A stretch of 64,000 nt of DNA. Origin: Longimicrobiales bacterium (GTDB lineage: Bacteria > Gemmatimonadota > Gemmatimonadetes > Longimicrobiales > Gaopeijiaceae). Positions within the stretch are counted from its first letter, which is position 1; each line of letters starts with the position of its first letter. This document shows positions 38,317-49,199 of the stretch, one piece after another. The notes under the pieces are model-generated. The model searched no databases. It had not been told where the DNA came from and was given only the letters and a program-made list of their open reading frames with translations. A program made the position numbers and the translations under genes. The stretch is from contig CBDFIQ010000002.1 of NCBI GenBank assembly GCA_965248195.1, positions 1,952,001 through 2,016,000 of the forward strand, given 5' to 3'.

Positions 38317-39235
38317 CCGAGTCCCCCAGATGATGCTCGAACGCCGTTATCTCTCTGAATTCCACGATCCGGTGCAGGATCTCCCTCTCGTTGAGCGATC
38401 GGAACCGATCGACGCTGAACTTCTCGACCGCAAACGAACCCATGACGGACCCATACACCATGGCGCGCCGCAGGTCGTCCGGCTCCTGAGAGTCGACCGA
38501 GGCCATGTACCCGACGAAGCCACCCGCGAAGGAGTCTCCAGCCCCGGTGGGGTCGAAGATCACGTCCAAAGGGAACCCCGGCATGAAGAACATCCAGTCC
38601 GGCCCGAAGAGAATCGCCCCATGCTCACCCTTCTTCACTACAACGAAGCGGGGGCCGCGCTCCTGTATCCACCGTGCCGCCCGGACGAGATTGTGGTCTC
38701 CGGCGAGCTGCCGTGCCTCGGCGTCGTTGACCATCAAGATATCGACTCGCTTCAGGAGTTCGACGAGCACCTCGTGACTCCCTTCGATCCAGTAATTCAT
38801 GGTGTCGCAGATGACAGCCGCCGGCTCCCGGACCTGATCGAGCACCTCCAGCTGGAGCACGGGATCGATATTACCCAGGAAGACGTACCGAGAGTCCCGA
38901 AACGCATCCGGGATGCGCGGTTTGAAATCGCCGAACACCCCCAGGCTGGTCTCGAGAGTCTCTCGCGAGTTCAGGTCATACTTATACCGCCCAGCCCAGA
39001 AAAAGCTCTCACCCTCGGCACGTTCCACACCCGAGAGGTCGGCACCTCGCTCGGTAAGGAAATCCAACTTCTCGAACGGATAGTCGTCTCCGACCACACC
39101 CACGATGCGGACCGGACACAGCAAGCTCGCGGCGGCGGCGAAAAACACAGCCGACCCACCGATCACCCGGTCGGCCGAGCCGAAAGGTGTCTCTACCGAG
39201 TCGAGAGCCACGCTTCCCACCGCCAAGATCGACAT
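38309..39235 (-). CDS. PfkB-family carbohydrate/nucleoside kinase
   Basis: GSVALD, GGSA and DPTGAGDSFAGG motifs. Confidence 0.92.
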   Translation of the reverse strand: MSILAVGSVALDSVETPFGSADRVIGGSAVFFAAAASLLCPVRIVGVVGDDYPFEKLDFLTERGADLSGVERAEGESFFWAGRYKYDLNSRETLETSLGVFGDFKPRIPDAFRDSRYVFLGNIDPVLQLEVLDQVREPAAVICDTMNYWIEGSHEVLVELLKRVDILMVNDAEARQLAGDHNLVRAARWIQERGPRFVVVKKGEHGAILFGPDWMFFMPGFPLDVIFDPTGAGDSFAGGFVGYMASVDSQEPDDLRRAMVYGSVMGSFAVEKFSVDRFRSLNEREILHRIVEFREITAFEHHLGDSDG

Positions 39236-39243
39236 CCCTCTCC

Positions 39244-40989
39244 CTAGCCGCCCACGTCGTCAGCCCGAGCTCCGCCGGCCAAGTCGTCAGCCCGGGCTCC
39301 GCCCGCCACGTCGTCAGCACGAGCCATCTGCTCGGGAGCCACGATGCCTAGGATGCTCAGCCCGTTTCCAAGTACGATCTGCACCGAACGGGCGAAGGCG
39401 AGCCGTGCGTTCCGAAGGCTCTCATCCTCCACAAGCACGGCCAAATCCGGGTTTCGGCTCGGGTTCCCCGCGTGATACCACGAATTGACCGCTCCCGCCG
39501 TCTGCTCCAAATAGTCGCAGATCAAGTGAGGGGACCGCAGTCGCGCTGCGTTTCGGACCAGATCGGGGAATTGCACGAGCATCTTGATGACCTCCCGCTC
39601 AGCGTCCGTCGTGAGCACCGAAAGATCGACGCCTTCCGTCCCAACGGAAGCCCGCTCCAGACCGGCTTTCTTGAAGATGCTGCACATGCGGGCGTGGGCG
39701 TACTGCACCTTGTACACCGGATTCTTGTCGGACTGGTCCAGGGCGAGACCCAGATCGAAGACCAGATGCCCATCCGGTTTCCTCATTTGGAAGAAATAAC
39801 GCGTGACGTCGACCCCGACCTCCGTCATGAGCTCCCGAAGCGTCGTATACGAGCCCGCCCTCTTCGAGAACTTGATCTCCTTCCCGTCCCGCTCGACCCG
39901 AACCATCTGATGGAGCACGTACTCCGGGTACTCCGCCGGTAACCCGAGTGCCTGTACCCCCGCCTGCACGCGAGCAACGCCTCCGTGGTGATCGGCCCCC
40001 TGGACGTTGATGGCCTGATGAAAACCACGCCCCCACTTGTCCATATGGTATGCGACGTCGGGAAGAAAGTAGGTCGGAGATCCATCGCTCTTGATCATGA
40101 CGCGGTCCTTCTGGTCTCCATACTCCGTCGTACGAAGCCAGACGGCGCCGTCCGAATCGAACACTTTGCCGGTCTCTCGCAGGGCCTCGACGGTAGAATC
40201 CACCCGACCGTCCTCGTAAAGGGAAGACTCGAGGAAGTAGACGTCGAAGTGGATACGGAAGTCGGAGAGGTCCCGGTCCTGCTCCTCGCGAAGAGTGCGC
40301 ACCGCAGTCTCCCGCATGATCTCCAACGCCTCTTCGTCTCGGATTCCTACGAAGCGATCTCCGTGTTCCTCGGCCAGGCCCGCCGCGATCTCGCTAACGT
40401 ACTTTCCCTGGTACCCTCCTTCGGGGATCTCGGCATCTTGCCCAAAACGTTGCTGGTACCGGGCCCAAACACTTTCGGCAAGACGATCGATCTGGGCTCC
40501 GGCGTCGTTGTAGTAGTACTCCCGGCTCACGGCCCACCCCGTCCAATCGAGGAGTCCCGCGATCGCATCTCCGATGGCGCCTTGCCGTCCGTGTCCCACG
40601 TGCAGCGGCCCCGTGGGATTAGCCGACACGAATTCGACCACGATCGACTTCCCACCGCCTTCATCGCACCGCCCATAGTCGTCGTCGGCACCGATGATCT
40701 CCACGAGTCCGGAGGCGACCTGCCCGGAACTGAGCTTGAAATTCAAGAAGCCCGGCCCCGCCACGCTCACGGATTCGATGCCGAAGCCTTCGGTGTCGAT
40801 CCGGGAAGCGATCTCCTCGGCGATCGCAAGTGGCGGCCGGCCGAGGTGTTTCGCCAACCTCAGGGCGATAGTCGTCGCCAGATCACCATGGCTTGAATCT
40901 CTGGGCTGATCGAGGCGCACGTCGGCATCGTCCACTCCCATCCCGCTGAGCGCCTGCCGGACCGCTTCCCTAATGGCTTCTTCAGACAT
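39244..40989 (-). CDS. argS: Arginine--tRNA ligase
   Basis: VEFVSANPTGPLHVGH, GADH, FSKRAG and QYAHARMCSI motifs. Confidence 0.96.
   Translation of the reverse strand: MSEEAIREAVRQALSGMGVDDADVRLDQPRDSSHGDLATTIALRLAKHLGRPPLAIAEEIASRIDTEGFGIESVSVAGPGFLNFKLSSGQVASGLVEIIGADDDYGRCDEGGGKSIVVEFVSANPTGPLHVGHGRQGAIGDAIAGLLDWTGWAVSREYYYNDAGAQIDRLAESVWARYQQRFGQDAEIPEGGYQGKYVSEIAAGLAEEHGDRFVGIRDEEALEIMRETAVRTLREEQDRDLSDFRIHFDVYFLESSLYEDGRVDSTVEALRETGKVFDSDGAVWLRTTEYGDQKDRVMIKSDGSPTYFLPDVAYHMDKWGRGFHQAINVQGADHHGGVARVQAGVQALGLPAEYPEYVLHQMVRVERDGKEIKFSKRAGSYTTLRELMTEVGVDVTRYFFQMRKPDGHLVFDLGLALDQSDKNPVYKVQYAHARMCSIFKKAGLERASVGTEGVDLSVLTTDAEREVIKMLVQFPDLVRNAARLRSPHLICDYLEQTAGAVNSWYHAGNPSRNPDLAVLVEDESLRNARLAFARSVQIVLGNGLSILGIVAPEQMARADDVAGGARADDLAGGARADDVGG
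39250..39324. repeat. About 3 x 27-bp tandem repeat at the argS 3' end
   Basis: Encodes ARADDVAGG-ARADDLAGG-ARADDVGG. Confidence 0.85.
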
Positions 40990-41027
40990 GGAATCGCAGC
41001 TCCACTCGGCCCCCCTCAGGCCTGCGA

Positions 41028-41441
41028 CTAGGAGGACTTGCCGGCATCGGAGGATTTCGATCCGCCCGATGCCCCTGCAACATCAGCGGACGTTCTCTTT
41101 GACTTGCTTGAACCCCCGTCGGATGGACCGCCGCTCGCGCCGCCCCCGCTCCCGTCTGAAGAGTCCGCACCACCACTGGATTTTTTTTCCGCGTCACCGC
41201 TGGAGGCTTTTTTTTCGGGCGAGGCCGCTTCCTTGTCAGAACTAGCGGCTTTCTTGTAGGCCTCACTCCGGTAGTCCGTGATATAAAACCCTTCGCCCTT
41301 GAAGATCAGGCCCGCCCCCCCGGACAAGAGACGCACGGCGGTCTTTCCGCACTCCGGGCATGTGGCCCGGGCCTCGTCGGACATACGCTGGAACAGCTCG
41401 AATTCATGTCCCTTCGGGCAACGATACTCGTATGTGGGCAT
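41028..41441 (-). CDS. FmdB-family zinc-ribbon protein with a low-complexity tail
   Basis: MPTYEYRC..GH.FE...CPECG...FKGEGFYITDY. Confidence 0.92.
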   Translation of the reverse strand: MPTYEYRCPKGHEFELFQRMSDEARATCPECGKTAVRLLSGGAGLIFKGEGFYITDYRSEAYKKAASSDKEAASPEKKASSGDAEKKSSGGADSSDGSGGGASGGPSDGGSSKSKRTSADVAGASGGSKSSDAGKSS

Positions 41442-41532
41442 ATCGGATTCGCGTCAAACGGTGATTCGGCAAATTGGCCGGCACGGAAGCCTTGGTGGCG
41501 CACGACCGCAGAGTCGGAACGATAATAGCCTT

Positions 41533-43101
41533 TTAGGCGTCGTGCGTCCCCCACTCCTCACGCAGCACCTCACTGATTTCTCCGAGCGTAGCCGAGGCTT
41601 TCACCGCTCCGATCATCGGAGGGATCAGATTCTCGGTCGACCGGGCGGCGGACCGGATCCCGTCGAGCGCTTGCGAAGTATCGCCGGAGTCCCGCTTTTT
41701 CCTGAAATCCGCCAGCCGGCGCTTTTGATCCGCCTCAAGCCCCGAAAAATCGGGACTCGGGACCGACATGGGGTCCTCTTCATCCTCGTCGAAAACGTTT
41801 ACGCCCACCACCCGGCGCTCGTTCTCTTCGATTTCCATCTGGTATCGGTACGCGGACTCATGGATCTGGTCCTGCATGAACCCGATGGCCTTCGACGCTC
41901 CACCCAAACCCTCGATCTCTTCCAGATAGGCACGAGCACCATCTTCGATCTCGAGGGTGAGGGACTCTACGTAATAACTGCCCGCGAGGGGATCCACCGT
42001 GTGCGTGATTCCTGATTCGTTAGCCAAGATTTGTTGCGTGCGGAGAGCGAGCTTGGCGGCCTCTTCGGTCGGGAGAGCCAGGGCTTCGTCGAAACCGTTC
42101 GTGTGTAACGACTGGGTCCCCCCAAGGGCAGCCCCCAGGGCCTGTATGGTGACTCGTACCACGTTGTTGAGCGGTTGCTGAGCCGTCAGCGTCGATCCGG
42201 CCGTCTGGGTGTGAAAGCGCAGTTGGCATGAGCGGTCCGAAGCGCGGAAGCGCTCCTTCATAAGCCGCGCCCACAGGCGGCGCGCAGCCCTGAATTTTGC
42301 GACTTCTTCAAGGAGGTCATTGTGCGCCGCGAAGAAAAAGGAAAGCCGCGGCGCGAAGTCCTCCAAGGAGACTCCGGCAGCCAGCACACTCTCCACGTAG
42401 GCGAGTCCGTTGGCCAGGGTGAACGCGACCTCCTGTGGAGCGGTGGAGCCGGCCTCACGAATGTGATAACCCGAGATCGAAATCGAATTCCACCGTGGCA
42501 CCTCTCGGGCGCAGAAGGCTATCAGGTCTGTGGCCAGCCTGAGGCTGGGGTCCACCGGGTAGATGTACGTCCCCCGGGCGACGTACTCTTTGAGCACGTC
42601 GTTCTGGACCGTGCCAGCCAGTGCGTTTCTCCCCACGCCCTGCTCGTCTCCGACGGAGAGGTACAGAGCAAGGAGAATGGCAGCCGTCGAATTGATCGTC
42701 ATCGACGTGGACACTTGATCGAGCGCGATCGCGTCGAAGAGAGTCCGCATGTCTTCGATGGTGTCGATCGCTACGCCGACCCGGCCGACCTCGCCCCGCA
42801 CGATCGCATGGTCCGAGTCGTACCCCATCTGGGTGGGGAGGTCGAACGCAACCGATAAACCGGTGGTGCCCTGGGTCAGGAGGTAGTGGTAACGCTGATT
42901 GGTTTCCTGCGCCGTCCCGAACCCGGCGTATTGCCGCATGGTCCAGAGGCGGCCCCGATACATGTTCGGGTAGATGCCCCGGGTGAATGGAAATTGGCCC
43001 GGCCTCTCGAGCCCCTCGCCATCACCAGCGTTGGCCTCGTACACGGAATCGACTTCGATTCCGCTGCCCGTCCGGAAGGGCCTCTCGTTGGCGTCGTTCA
43101 T
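41533..43101 (-). CDS. Methylmalonyl-CoA mutase, substrate-binding (large) subunit
   Basis: [35 protein letters not shown] and GGTQSLHTN motifs; no B12-binding domain; start at MNDANE. Confidence 0.93.
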   Translation of the reverse strand: MNDANERPFRTGSGIEVDSVYEANAGDGEGLERPGQFPFTRGIYPNMYRGRLWTMRQYAGFGTAQETNQRYHYLLTQGTTGLSVAFDLPTQMGYDSDHAIVRGEVGRVGVAIDTIEDMRTLFDAIALDQVSTSMTINSTAAILLALYLSVGDEQGVGRNALAGTVQNDVLKEYVARGTYIYPVDPSLRLATDLIAFCAREVPRWNSISISGYHIREAGSTAPQEVAFTLANGLAYVESVLAAGVSLEDFAPRLSFFFAAHNDLLEEVAKFRAARRLWARLMKERFRASDRSCQLRFHTQTAGSTLTAQQPLNNVVRVTIQALGAALGGTQSLHTNGFDEALALPTEEAAKLALRTQQILANESGITHTVDPLAGSYYVESLTLEIEDGARAYLEEIEGLGGASKAIGFMQDQIHESAYRYQMEIEENERRVVGVNVFDEDEEDPMSVPSPDFSGLEADQKRRLADFRKKRDSGDTSQALDGIRSAARSTENLIPPMIGAVKASATLGEISEVLREEWGTHDA

Positions 43102-43109
43102 CGGATCTC

Positions 43110-43664
43110 TCAATCCCCTTCTCTCTCCGAAAATTTTTCCGAAACCTCGCCGGGTGGGAGCATATCCATCAGGACTTCGTCCTTCTCGACCGTCTGGCCT
43201 GCGGCGACGTGGATTACGCCGACGCGGCCTGCGACCGCGGCGGTGAGCGAATTCTCCATCTTCATGGCCTCGACGACGAGGAGACCGCCTCCCGCCTCCA
43301 CCAACTCTCCTTCTTTCACCTCCACCTTTACGACCAGCCCCGGCATTGGGGCCCGCACGGGCGTCGGGCCCTTGACGGCCAATCCCGCGGAGCTCATGTC
43401 GCGCATCGCCTTCGCTCGGTCGTCCAACACGTCGGCTCGATACCGCCGCCCCCGATGCTGGAGAGCCCACACGCCGGAACCGCCGCGCTCGGCCAGAACC
43501 GTATGGGATGCCCCGCCCACGAGAAAGGAATAGAGCTTCGGGCTCACCAATTCGGGGCCACGGGCCTCCATCCGGTCCCCGTCGATCCGAACTCCCTCAG
43601 CGTCGATTGCCACCTCGAAGGTGGTGTCGCCCACGGTGACATGATAACGCACAGCCCTACCCAC
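43110..43664 (-). CDS. Biotin carboxyl carrier subunit of acyl-CoA carboxylase
   Basis: APMPGLVV and EAMKMEN motifs. Confidence 0.92.
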   Translation of the reverse strand: MGRAVRYHVTVGDTTFEVAIDAEGVRIDGDRMEARGPELVSPKLYSFLVGGASHTVLAERGGSGVWALQHRGRRYRADVLDDRAKAMRDMSSAGLAVKGPTPVRAPMPGLVVKVEVKEGELVEAGGGLLVVEAMKMENSLTAAVAGRVGVIHVAAGQTVEKDEVLMDMLPPGEVSEKFSEREGD

Positions 43665-44955
43665 TACGGGGCTCCGCGGCAGTCCGCCTCAGCACGACCA
43701 CCACCTCCACGTGCGCGGTCTGTGGAAAAAGGTCGAACGCTCGAACGTTCACGACCTCATAGGACGACGAGAGCCGCCCGATATCCCTCGCCAATGTCGC
43801 GGGGTCACAGCTGACATAGATCAGGCGCGGTGGGCCCGCCGCCTGAAGCGCCTCCGTTACCCTCGCGTCGACACCGCTTCTGGGTGGATTGAGGACCACG
43901 AGGTCGGCCGGCAGGGCCTCCACCACGCGATCCTCCACGGCGCCCGTCCATACCGTGAAGCTCTCCGGGGCATCGCACGATGCGGCTCTGGCCGCCTCCG
44001 AGTCGCGTTCGATGCCAAGGACGTCCGCACCGGATCTCGCCAGGTCTCGACCGTATAAGCCCACCCCGCAGTAGGCATCCACCACTTTTTCGCCGCCTCT
44101 CACCTGTCCCTGCTCTACCACCCATCGATGAAGCGCCTCACCCGCCTCCCTGTTCACCTGGAGGAAGGTCGTCGGCCCGGTCCGCACGGTTTCTCCGAAG
44201 CGAGTGTCATGAACGTGAGTCCGCCCGGCCAGAAGCTTTCCACCGCCCTTGGGCTTTTCGCCCCACACGGCCACGAGCCCTTCGACTTCTCGGAGAAGGA
44301 TGTCCGGCCGCCCCGGACCTCGACCACCTCCGACGACGAGAACCACCCCTTCGTCCACAGCGCGCAGCGTGAGGCGCAGCTTGCGGCCGGCTGGAAGCCT
44401 CCGGGCCCCCTCCCCCCAAGCCCGCCGTAAGCCGGTCCATACCGACGCCACGGCCGGCTCCGGAAGGATACACCCCTCTTCCACGTCGACGATTCGATGG
44501 GGCACCCCGAGATGGTGAAATCCCGCGACCACCCGGCCACCCGGTAGGCGCATCAGCGTAAACGTCACCCGGGACCGATAGTTTCGTTCTATAGGGCTCG
44601 GCACCACCTCCGGAAGTCCGATGTCCACGTGTGAGATTCTCCTGAGCGCCTCTCTCACCGTGTCGCCCTTCCAATGGAGCTGCCGGGGGTAGGCGACATG
44701 TTGCAACGTGCAGCCCCCGCACTCTTCGTAGTACGGACAGGCAGGGGGAACCCGGTCCGGTGACGGAACGCGCAATTCACGGAGTTGGCCCCTGGCCCAG
44801 CGCGGTTTTTCATGTGTGATGCGCACTCGGACCTCGTCACCCGGTGTGGTCCGTGGCACGAACACCACTCGTCCATCGTCCAAATTCCCTACGCCGGCAC
44901 CATCGGACGACAACGCTCGGATCTGCACCGTTGCTTCGGTGGTCAAGTCTGCCAT
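43657..44955 (-). CDS. rlmD: TRAM-domain RNA (uracil-5)-methyltransferase, RlmD/TrmA family
   Basis: CPYYEECGGC, FLQVN, DAYCGVG, PPRSG, YVSCDPATLARD and DLFPQTAHVE motifs. Confidence 0.88.
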   Translation of the reverse strand: MADLTTEATVQIRALSSDGAGVGNLDDGRVVFVPRTTPGDEVRVRITHEKPRWARGQLRELRVPSPDRVPPACPYYEECGGCTLQHVAYPRQLHWKGDTVREALRRISHVDIGLPEVVPSPIERNYRSRVTFTLMRLPGGRVVAGFHHLGVPHRIVDVEEGCILPEPAVASVWTGLRRAWGEGARRLPAGRKLRLTLRAVDEGVVLVVGGGRGPGRPDILLREVEGLVAVWGEKPKGGGKLLAGRTHVHDTRFGETVRTGPTTFLQVNREAGEALHRWVVEQGQVRGGEKVVDAYCGVGLYGRDLARSGADVLGIERDSEAARAASCDAPESFTVWTGAVEDRVVEALPADLVVLNPPRSGVDARVTEALQAAGPPRLIYVSCDPATLARDIGRLSSSYEVVNVRAFDLFPQTAHVEVVVVLRRTAAEPRSG

Positions 44956-46457
44956 GGCCAACCCGACGCCCGCCACGCGGAGAGCCCCCGTTCGTCCATT
45001 CCATCGATCCGGTCGTCCGCTCCATCGATCCGGGTGGCGCCTACACGTCCGCACCCGCCATGCTCCAGCATTGCCGCCGCCAAAGCCACCAAACGGACCT
45101 CGCCATCGGAAGGCCGTAACCACTCCGGATGCTCTTCGACGTAGGCGATCGTGAGGTCCCCTCTCCTAAAGTCATCTTCCTCCATGACACGTAGGTGGAA
45201 CGGGATACTCGTATCGACCCCGTGGATCACCAGTTCACCGAGCGCTCGCCTCATACGAGCGAGGGCAGCGGCTCGAGAGCCGGCATGGACGATGAGCTTG
45301 CCCAGAAGGGGGTCGTAGTGAGGTCCGATGTCGGAACCGGCACGGATCCCGCCGTCCCACCGGATCCCCGGTCCCGAGGGCACCTCGAGGTGGTCGATGC
45401 GCCCCATAGACGGAAGAAAACCGCGGGCGGGATCCTCACTCGTGATGCGACATTCGATGGCGTGCCCTGAAAACCCGACGTCTTCCTGGCAGAAGTCCAA
45501 GGGCTCTCCGAGCGCAATACGGATCTGCCACTGCACCAGATCCAGGCCGGTTACGGACTCCGTGATCGGGTGCTCGACCTGTAACCGGGTGTTCATCTCC
45601 AAGAAGTAGAATTCGCCGTCCTGGTAGAGGAACTCGACTGTGCCCGCACTCCGATACTCGACGGCCCGAGCAGCCTGCACGGCCGCAAGACCCATCGCTT
45701 CCCGAGCCCGGGGCTCCAGCAGGGGCGCGGGCGACTCTTCGATGAGCTTCTGATGACGCCGCTGAATCGAACATTCCCGCTCACCCAGGTGGACCACAAC
45801 ACCCGATGGATCGCCGAGCACCTGGATCTCGATGTGCCGGGGCCGCGCCAAGTACTTCTCCACATAGATCGCCCCGTCCCCGAAGGCGGCTTCCGCCTCT
45901 CGGGACGCCGACTCGAAGGCTCCCGGTAGCTCGTCGGCGTCGGATACGACCCGCATCCCCTTCCCGCCGCCCCCCGCAACCGCCTTGAGGAGTATGGGAA
46001 ATCCCACCTCACGTGCAACGTCAGCGGCTTCCTCCGGACCGGTCGTCGGCTCGAGAGCGCCCGGAATGATCGGGACCCCCGCTTCGGCCATGCGGCGCCT
46101 TGCCTCGGTCTTGTCGCCCATCGCCCGGATGGACTCAGGGGAGGGGCCGATGAAAACGAGACCGGACTTCTCTACCGCCGCGGCGAACGAGGCCCGTTCA
46201 GCAAGGAATCCATATCCGGGGTGGATGGCTCCCGCTCCCGCACTCTCGGCCACCTCGATGAGATGTTCTCCGCGGAGGTAGCTCTCCGATGACGGCGCCG
46301 GCCCGATCGGAACTGCCGAGTCGGCCTCGAGAACGTGCGGCGACAGCCGATCCACGTCCGAATAGACTGCGACGGAAGCCAAGCCCAACTCGCGGCACGC
46401 ACGAATGATCCGGACGGCGATCTCGCCACGATTGGCCACAAGCACGGTGTCGAACAT
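44943..46457 (-). CDS. accC: Biotin carboxylase subunit (acetyl/propionyl-CoA carboxylase)
   Basis: LVANRGEIAVR, HPGYGFLAE, GGGGKGMR, ERECSIQRRHQK and EMNTRLQVEH motifs. Confidence 0.93.
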   Translation of the reverse strand: MFDTVLVANRGEIAVRIIRACRELGLASVAVYSDVDRLSPHVLEADSAVPIGPAPSSESYLRGEHLIEVAESAGAGAIHPGYGFLAERASFAAAVEKSGLVFIGPSPESIRAMGDKTEARRRMAEAGVPIIPGALEPTTGPEEAADVAREVGFPILLKAVAGGGGKGMRVVSDADELPGAFESASREAEAAFGDGAIYVEKYLARPRHIEIQVLGDPSGVVVHLGERECSIQRRHQKLIEESPAPLLEPRAREAMGLAAVQAARAVEYRSAGTVEFLYQDGEFYFLEMNTRLQVEHPITESVTGLDLVQWQIRIALGEPLDFCQEDVGFSGHAIECRITSEDPARGFLPSMGRIDHLEVPSGPGIRWDGGIRAGSDIGPHYDPLLGKLIVHAGSRAAALARMRRALGELVIHGVDTSIPFHLRVMEEDDFRRGDLTIAYVEEHPEWLRPSDGEVRLVALAAAMLEHGGCGRVGATRIDGADDRIDGMDERGLSAWRASGWPWQT

Positions 46458-46557
46458 GGGCCGCTCAGGATCCTCGGGAAGGGCGTCAGGGCCGACGGGC
46501 CCAGTCTTGTCCGGTGGAGCCTGAAGTTTGGTAGAGGGGTGTGGGGGTGTAAACCCC

Positions 46558-47502
46558 TTACTCCACGTAGCCCTCCGCCACCAGCTCGCTTCCCCTCCGG
46601 ATGATCCTGAACCGGATCGGCTCGTCCTCTTCATAGGACCGGATGAGCCGGAGCACCCGGCCCACCGTTTCTGCCTCCCGGGCTCCGACGGCGAGCACCA
46701 CGTCTCCCGCCATGAGTCCCAACGTCGAGTCTTCGTCGACCTCGACCACCAGCACCCCGTTGTCACTCCCGAAGTACTCGCCAAGCTCAGGATTCAGGTC
46801 GATGAACTCGACACCTTCCGCTGAGGTGCGGCCGAAACTGAAGTTGAATCGACCAGGTTCTATGACCTGAATGTCCCCTAGACGGTCCCTTATGACGCTC
46901 AACCGATCGGCAAGTTCGCCGCTGAAATTCTCATGCATTCCGAAGGACCACCTGTCCCCGTCCCACTCACCATCCCAGATGAGGTCTGGAGCCACCCCGA
47001 AGGTTCGGACCTCAGGAAATTCAAACTCCTCGGCTTCGACGCTCACCGTGCTGCTGGCGCCATCCCTCAAATATCGGATTTCGACCGTCTGCCCTGGCTC
47101 CAAGTCACGGGCCAATGCCAGAAGGCGCTGGGCTGGAAGGGATTGATCCAGATCGAGGTCCCTCTCCACATCAGAGTCGGGGAGTGGAACCGTGAGCACC
47201 TGACCCTGGAACACCGTAATGACGTCGCCGTTCTGAAGCCCGGCGTCCTCCGCTGGAGAGTCGCGCATCACGCCTGTGATCAAGGCTCCGTCCCGGTCGA
47301 ATCGACGTGACTGTCCCTGGTCCAGATAAAGCCCCAGCCGGGTTCTGGACTGTTGCTCCGTGTAGATATTGAGGAGAGGAGCAAGCGGCGTCCGACGCGA
47401 GTCTCGAGTCCGAGTTCGATTCTGACTCGCGCCCAGGGCGGGAGTCACCGAGACCGCGCACACCAGCACGGCCAACCATTTAGCTGTTCTATTCGCCGTC
47501 AC
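46558..47502 (-). CDS. Exported two-PDZ-domain protein
   Basis: Signal peptide; SPAEDAGLQNGDVI and GLMAGDVVLAV. Confidence 0.85.
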   Translation of the reverse strand: MTANRTAKWLAVLVCAVSVTPALGASQNRTRTRDSRRTPLAPLLNIYTEQQSRTRLGLYLDQGQSRRFDRDGALITGVMRDSPAEDAGLQNGDVITVFQGQVLTVPLPDSDVERDLDLDQSLPAQRLLALARDLEPGQTVEIRYLRDGASSTVSVEAEEFEFPEVRTFGVAPDLIWDGEWDGDRWSFGMHENFSGELADRLSVIRDRLGDIQVIEPGRFNFSFGRTSAEGVEFIDLNPELGEYFGSDNGVLVVEVDEDSTLGLMAGDVVLAVGAREAETVGRVLRLIRSYEEDEPIRFRIIRRGSELVAEGYVE

Positions 47503-47608
47503 CGTAGTCCCTCCATCTTCTAACCCCGCTTCACGACGGACCGCCCGAAGCTATTCCTGAGATGACCTGAGGCGGGCGGAGCGTTGCCTGCGACGTCACC
47601 ACGGGACG

Positions 47609-49159
47609 TTAGAGCGGGATGTTCCCGTGCTTCTTTCGGGGGTTCTCGTCGCGCTTGTTGCGAAGCATGTCGAGCGCGTTGATGAGGCGGGGCCGTGTGG
47701 TACGGGGGTCGATGACGTCATCAACGTAGCCCCGCCCTGCAGCGATGTAGGGGTGAGCGAACTCAGTCCGGTATTCCTCGATGCGGGCCCTGGCAGCTGC
47801 CTCCGGATTCTCGGCAGTGTCGAGTTCCTTCCGGAAGAGCACTTCGACGGCGCCCTCGGGGCCCATGACCGCGATCTCCGCGGTCGGCCAAGCCAGGTTC
47901 ACATCCCCTCTGATGTGCTTGGAGCTCATCACGTCGTAGGCACCGCCATATGCCTTCCGGATGATGACCGTGACCTTCGGAACCGTCGCCTCGGAGAATG
48001 CGTAGAGCAGTTTCGCGCCGTGCCGGATGATGCCACCGTGCTCCTGCCCAACCCCCGGCAAGAACCCGGGGACATCCTCGAAGACGATCAACGGGATGTT
48101 GAAGACGTCGCAAAATCGTACGAAACGCGCTCCCTTTACCGAGGAGTCGATGTCCAAAACCCCGGCGAGGACGGCAGGCTGATTGGCGACCATCCCGACC
48201 GCATGCCCCCCGAGGTGCGCAAAGCCAACGATAAGATTGCGAGCGAACGCTTGGTGGACCTCGTAGAACTCCCGATCATCCACGACGCCCTGGATGACTT
48301 CATGCATGTCATAGGGTTTACTGGAGTTATCTGGCACGATCTCCAGTAATTTCTCATCCTGGCGCTCATGTGGATCGTCGGTGGCTCGGGACCCGGGGAC
48401 CTCGGTATTGTTCTGGGGGAGGAAAGCCATCAAGTCCCGAACGGCAGCCAAACATTCCGGCTCCGAATCGTACACGAAGTGAGCCACTCCCGACGTCGAC
48501 GCGTGCACGTCCGCCCCACCCAAGCCCTCCATGTCGATGTCTTCGTGCGTCACGGTCTTCACGACGCCAGGCCCGGTGACGAACATGTAGCTCGTGCCGC
48601 GGACCATGTACACGAAGTCCGTAATGGCGGGCGAGTACACGGCTCCGCCGGCACAGGGCCCGAGTATCACGCTGATTTGGGGAATCACACCCGACGCCAG
48701 GGTATTTCGGAGGAAGATGTCGGCATAGCCGCCCAGCGAGGTCACCCCTTCCTGAATCCGTGCACCGCCGGAATCGCTCAGTCCGATGAGCGGCGCCCCG
48801 TTCTTCAGGGCCATGTCCTGAAGCTTGACGATTTTTTCTGCGTGCGCCTCAGAGAGCGATCCTCCGAAAACCGTAAAATCTTGGGAAAAAACGTATACGA
48901 GCCGACCATGGATGGTCCCGTACCCGGTGACCACCCCGTCCCCTAGGATCTTCAGGTCGGCGAGCGTCTCATCCGTAGAACGGTGGGTGACGAACCGATC
49001 CATCTCGACGAAGGAATCCTCGTCCAGCAGGAGCGCCACACGCTGGCGGGCGAGAAGCTTGCCTTTCGCCTGCTGGGCCTCGAGTCTCACCTTCCCGCCG
49101 CCGAGCTCCGCCTCCCTCCCAAGGTCTTCCAGATGTTCGAGCTTCTTGCGCATCGACAT
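47609..49159 (-). CDS. pccB: Acyl-CoA (propionyl-CoA) carboxylase beta subunit
   Basis: [37 protein letters not shown] and KKHGNIPL motifs. Confidence 0.94.
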   Translation of the reverse strand: MSMRKKLEHLEDLGREAELGGGKVRLEAQQAKGKLLARQRVALLLDEDSFVEMDRFVTHRSTDETLADLKILGDGVVTGYGTIHGRLVYVFSQDFTVFGGSLSEAHAEKIVKLQDMALKNGAPLIGLSDSGGARIQEGVTSLGGYADIFLRNTLASGVIPQISVILGPCAGGAVYSPAITDFVYMVRGTSYMFVTGPGVVKTVTHEDIDMEGLGGADVHASTSGVAHFVYDSEPECLAAVRDLMAFLPQNNTEVPGSRATDDPHERQDEKLLEIVPDNSSKPYDMHEVIQGVVDDREFYEVHQAFARNLIVGFAHLGGHAVGMVANQPAVLAGVLDIDSSVKGARFVRFCDVFNIPLIVFEDVPGFLPGVGQEHGGIIRHGAKLLYAFSEATVPKVTVIIRKAYGGAYDVMSSKHIRGDVNLAWPTAEIAVMGPEGAVEVLFRKELDTAENPEAAARARIEEYRTEFAHPYIAAGRGYVDDVIDPRTTRPRLINALDMLRNKRDENPRKKHGNIPL

Positions 49160-49199
49160 CCGCCGACCCCCGGCCTTAGAAGCTCATGTGCGCGGGATC

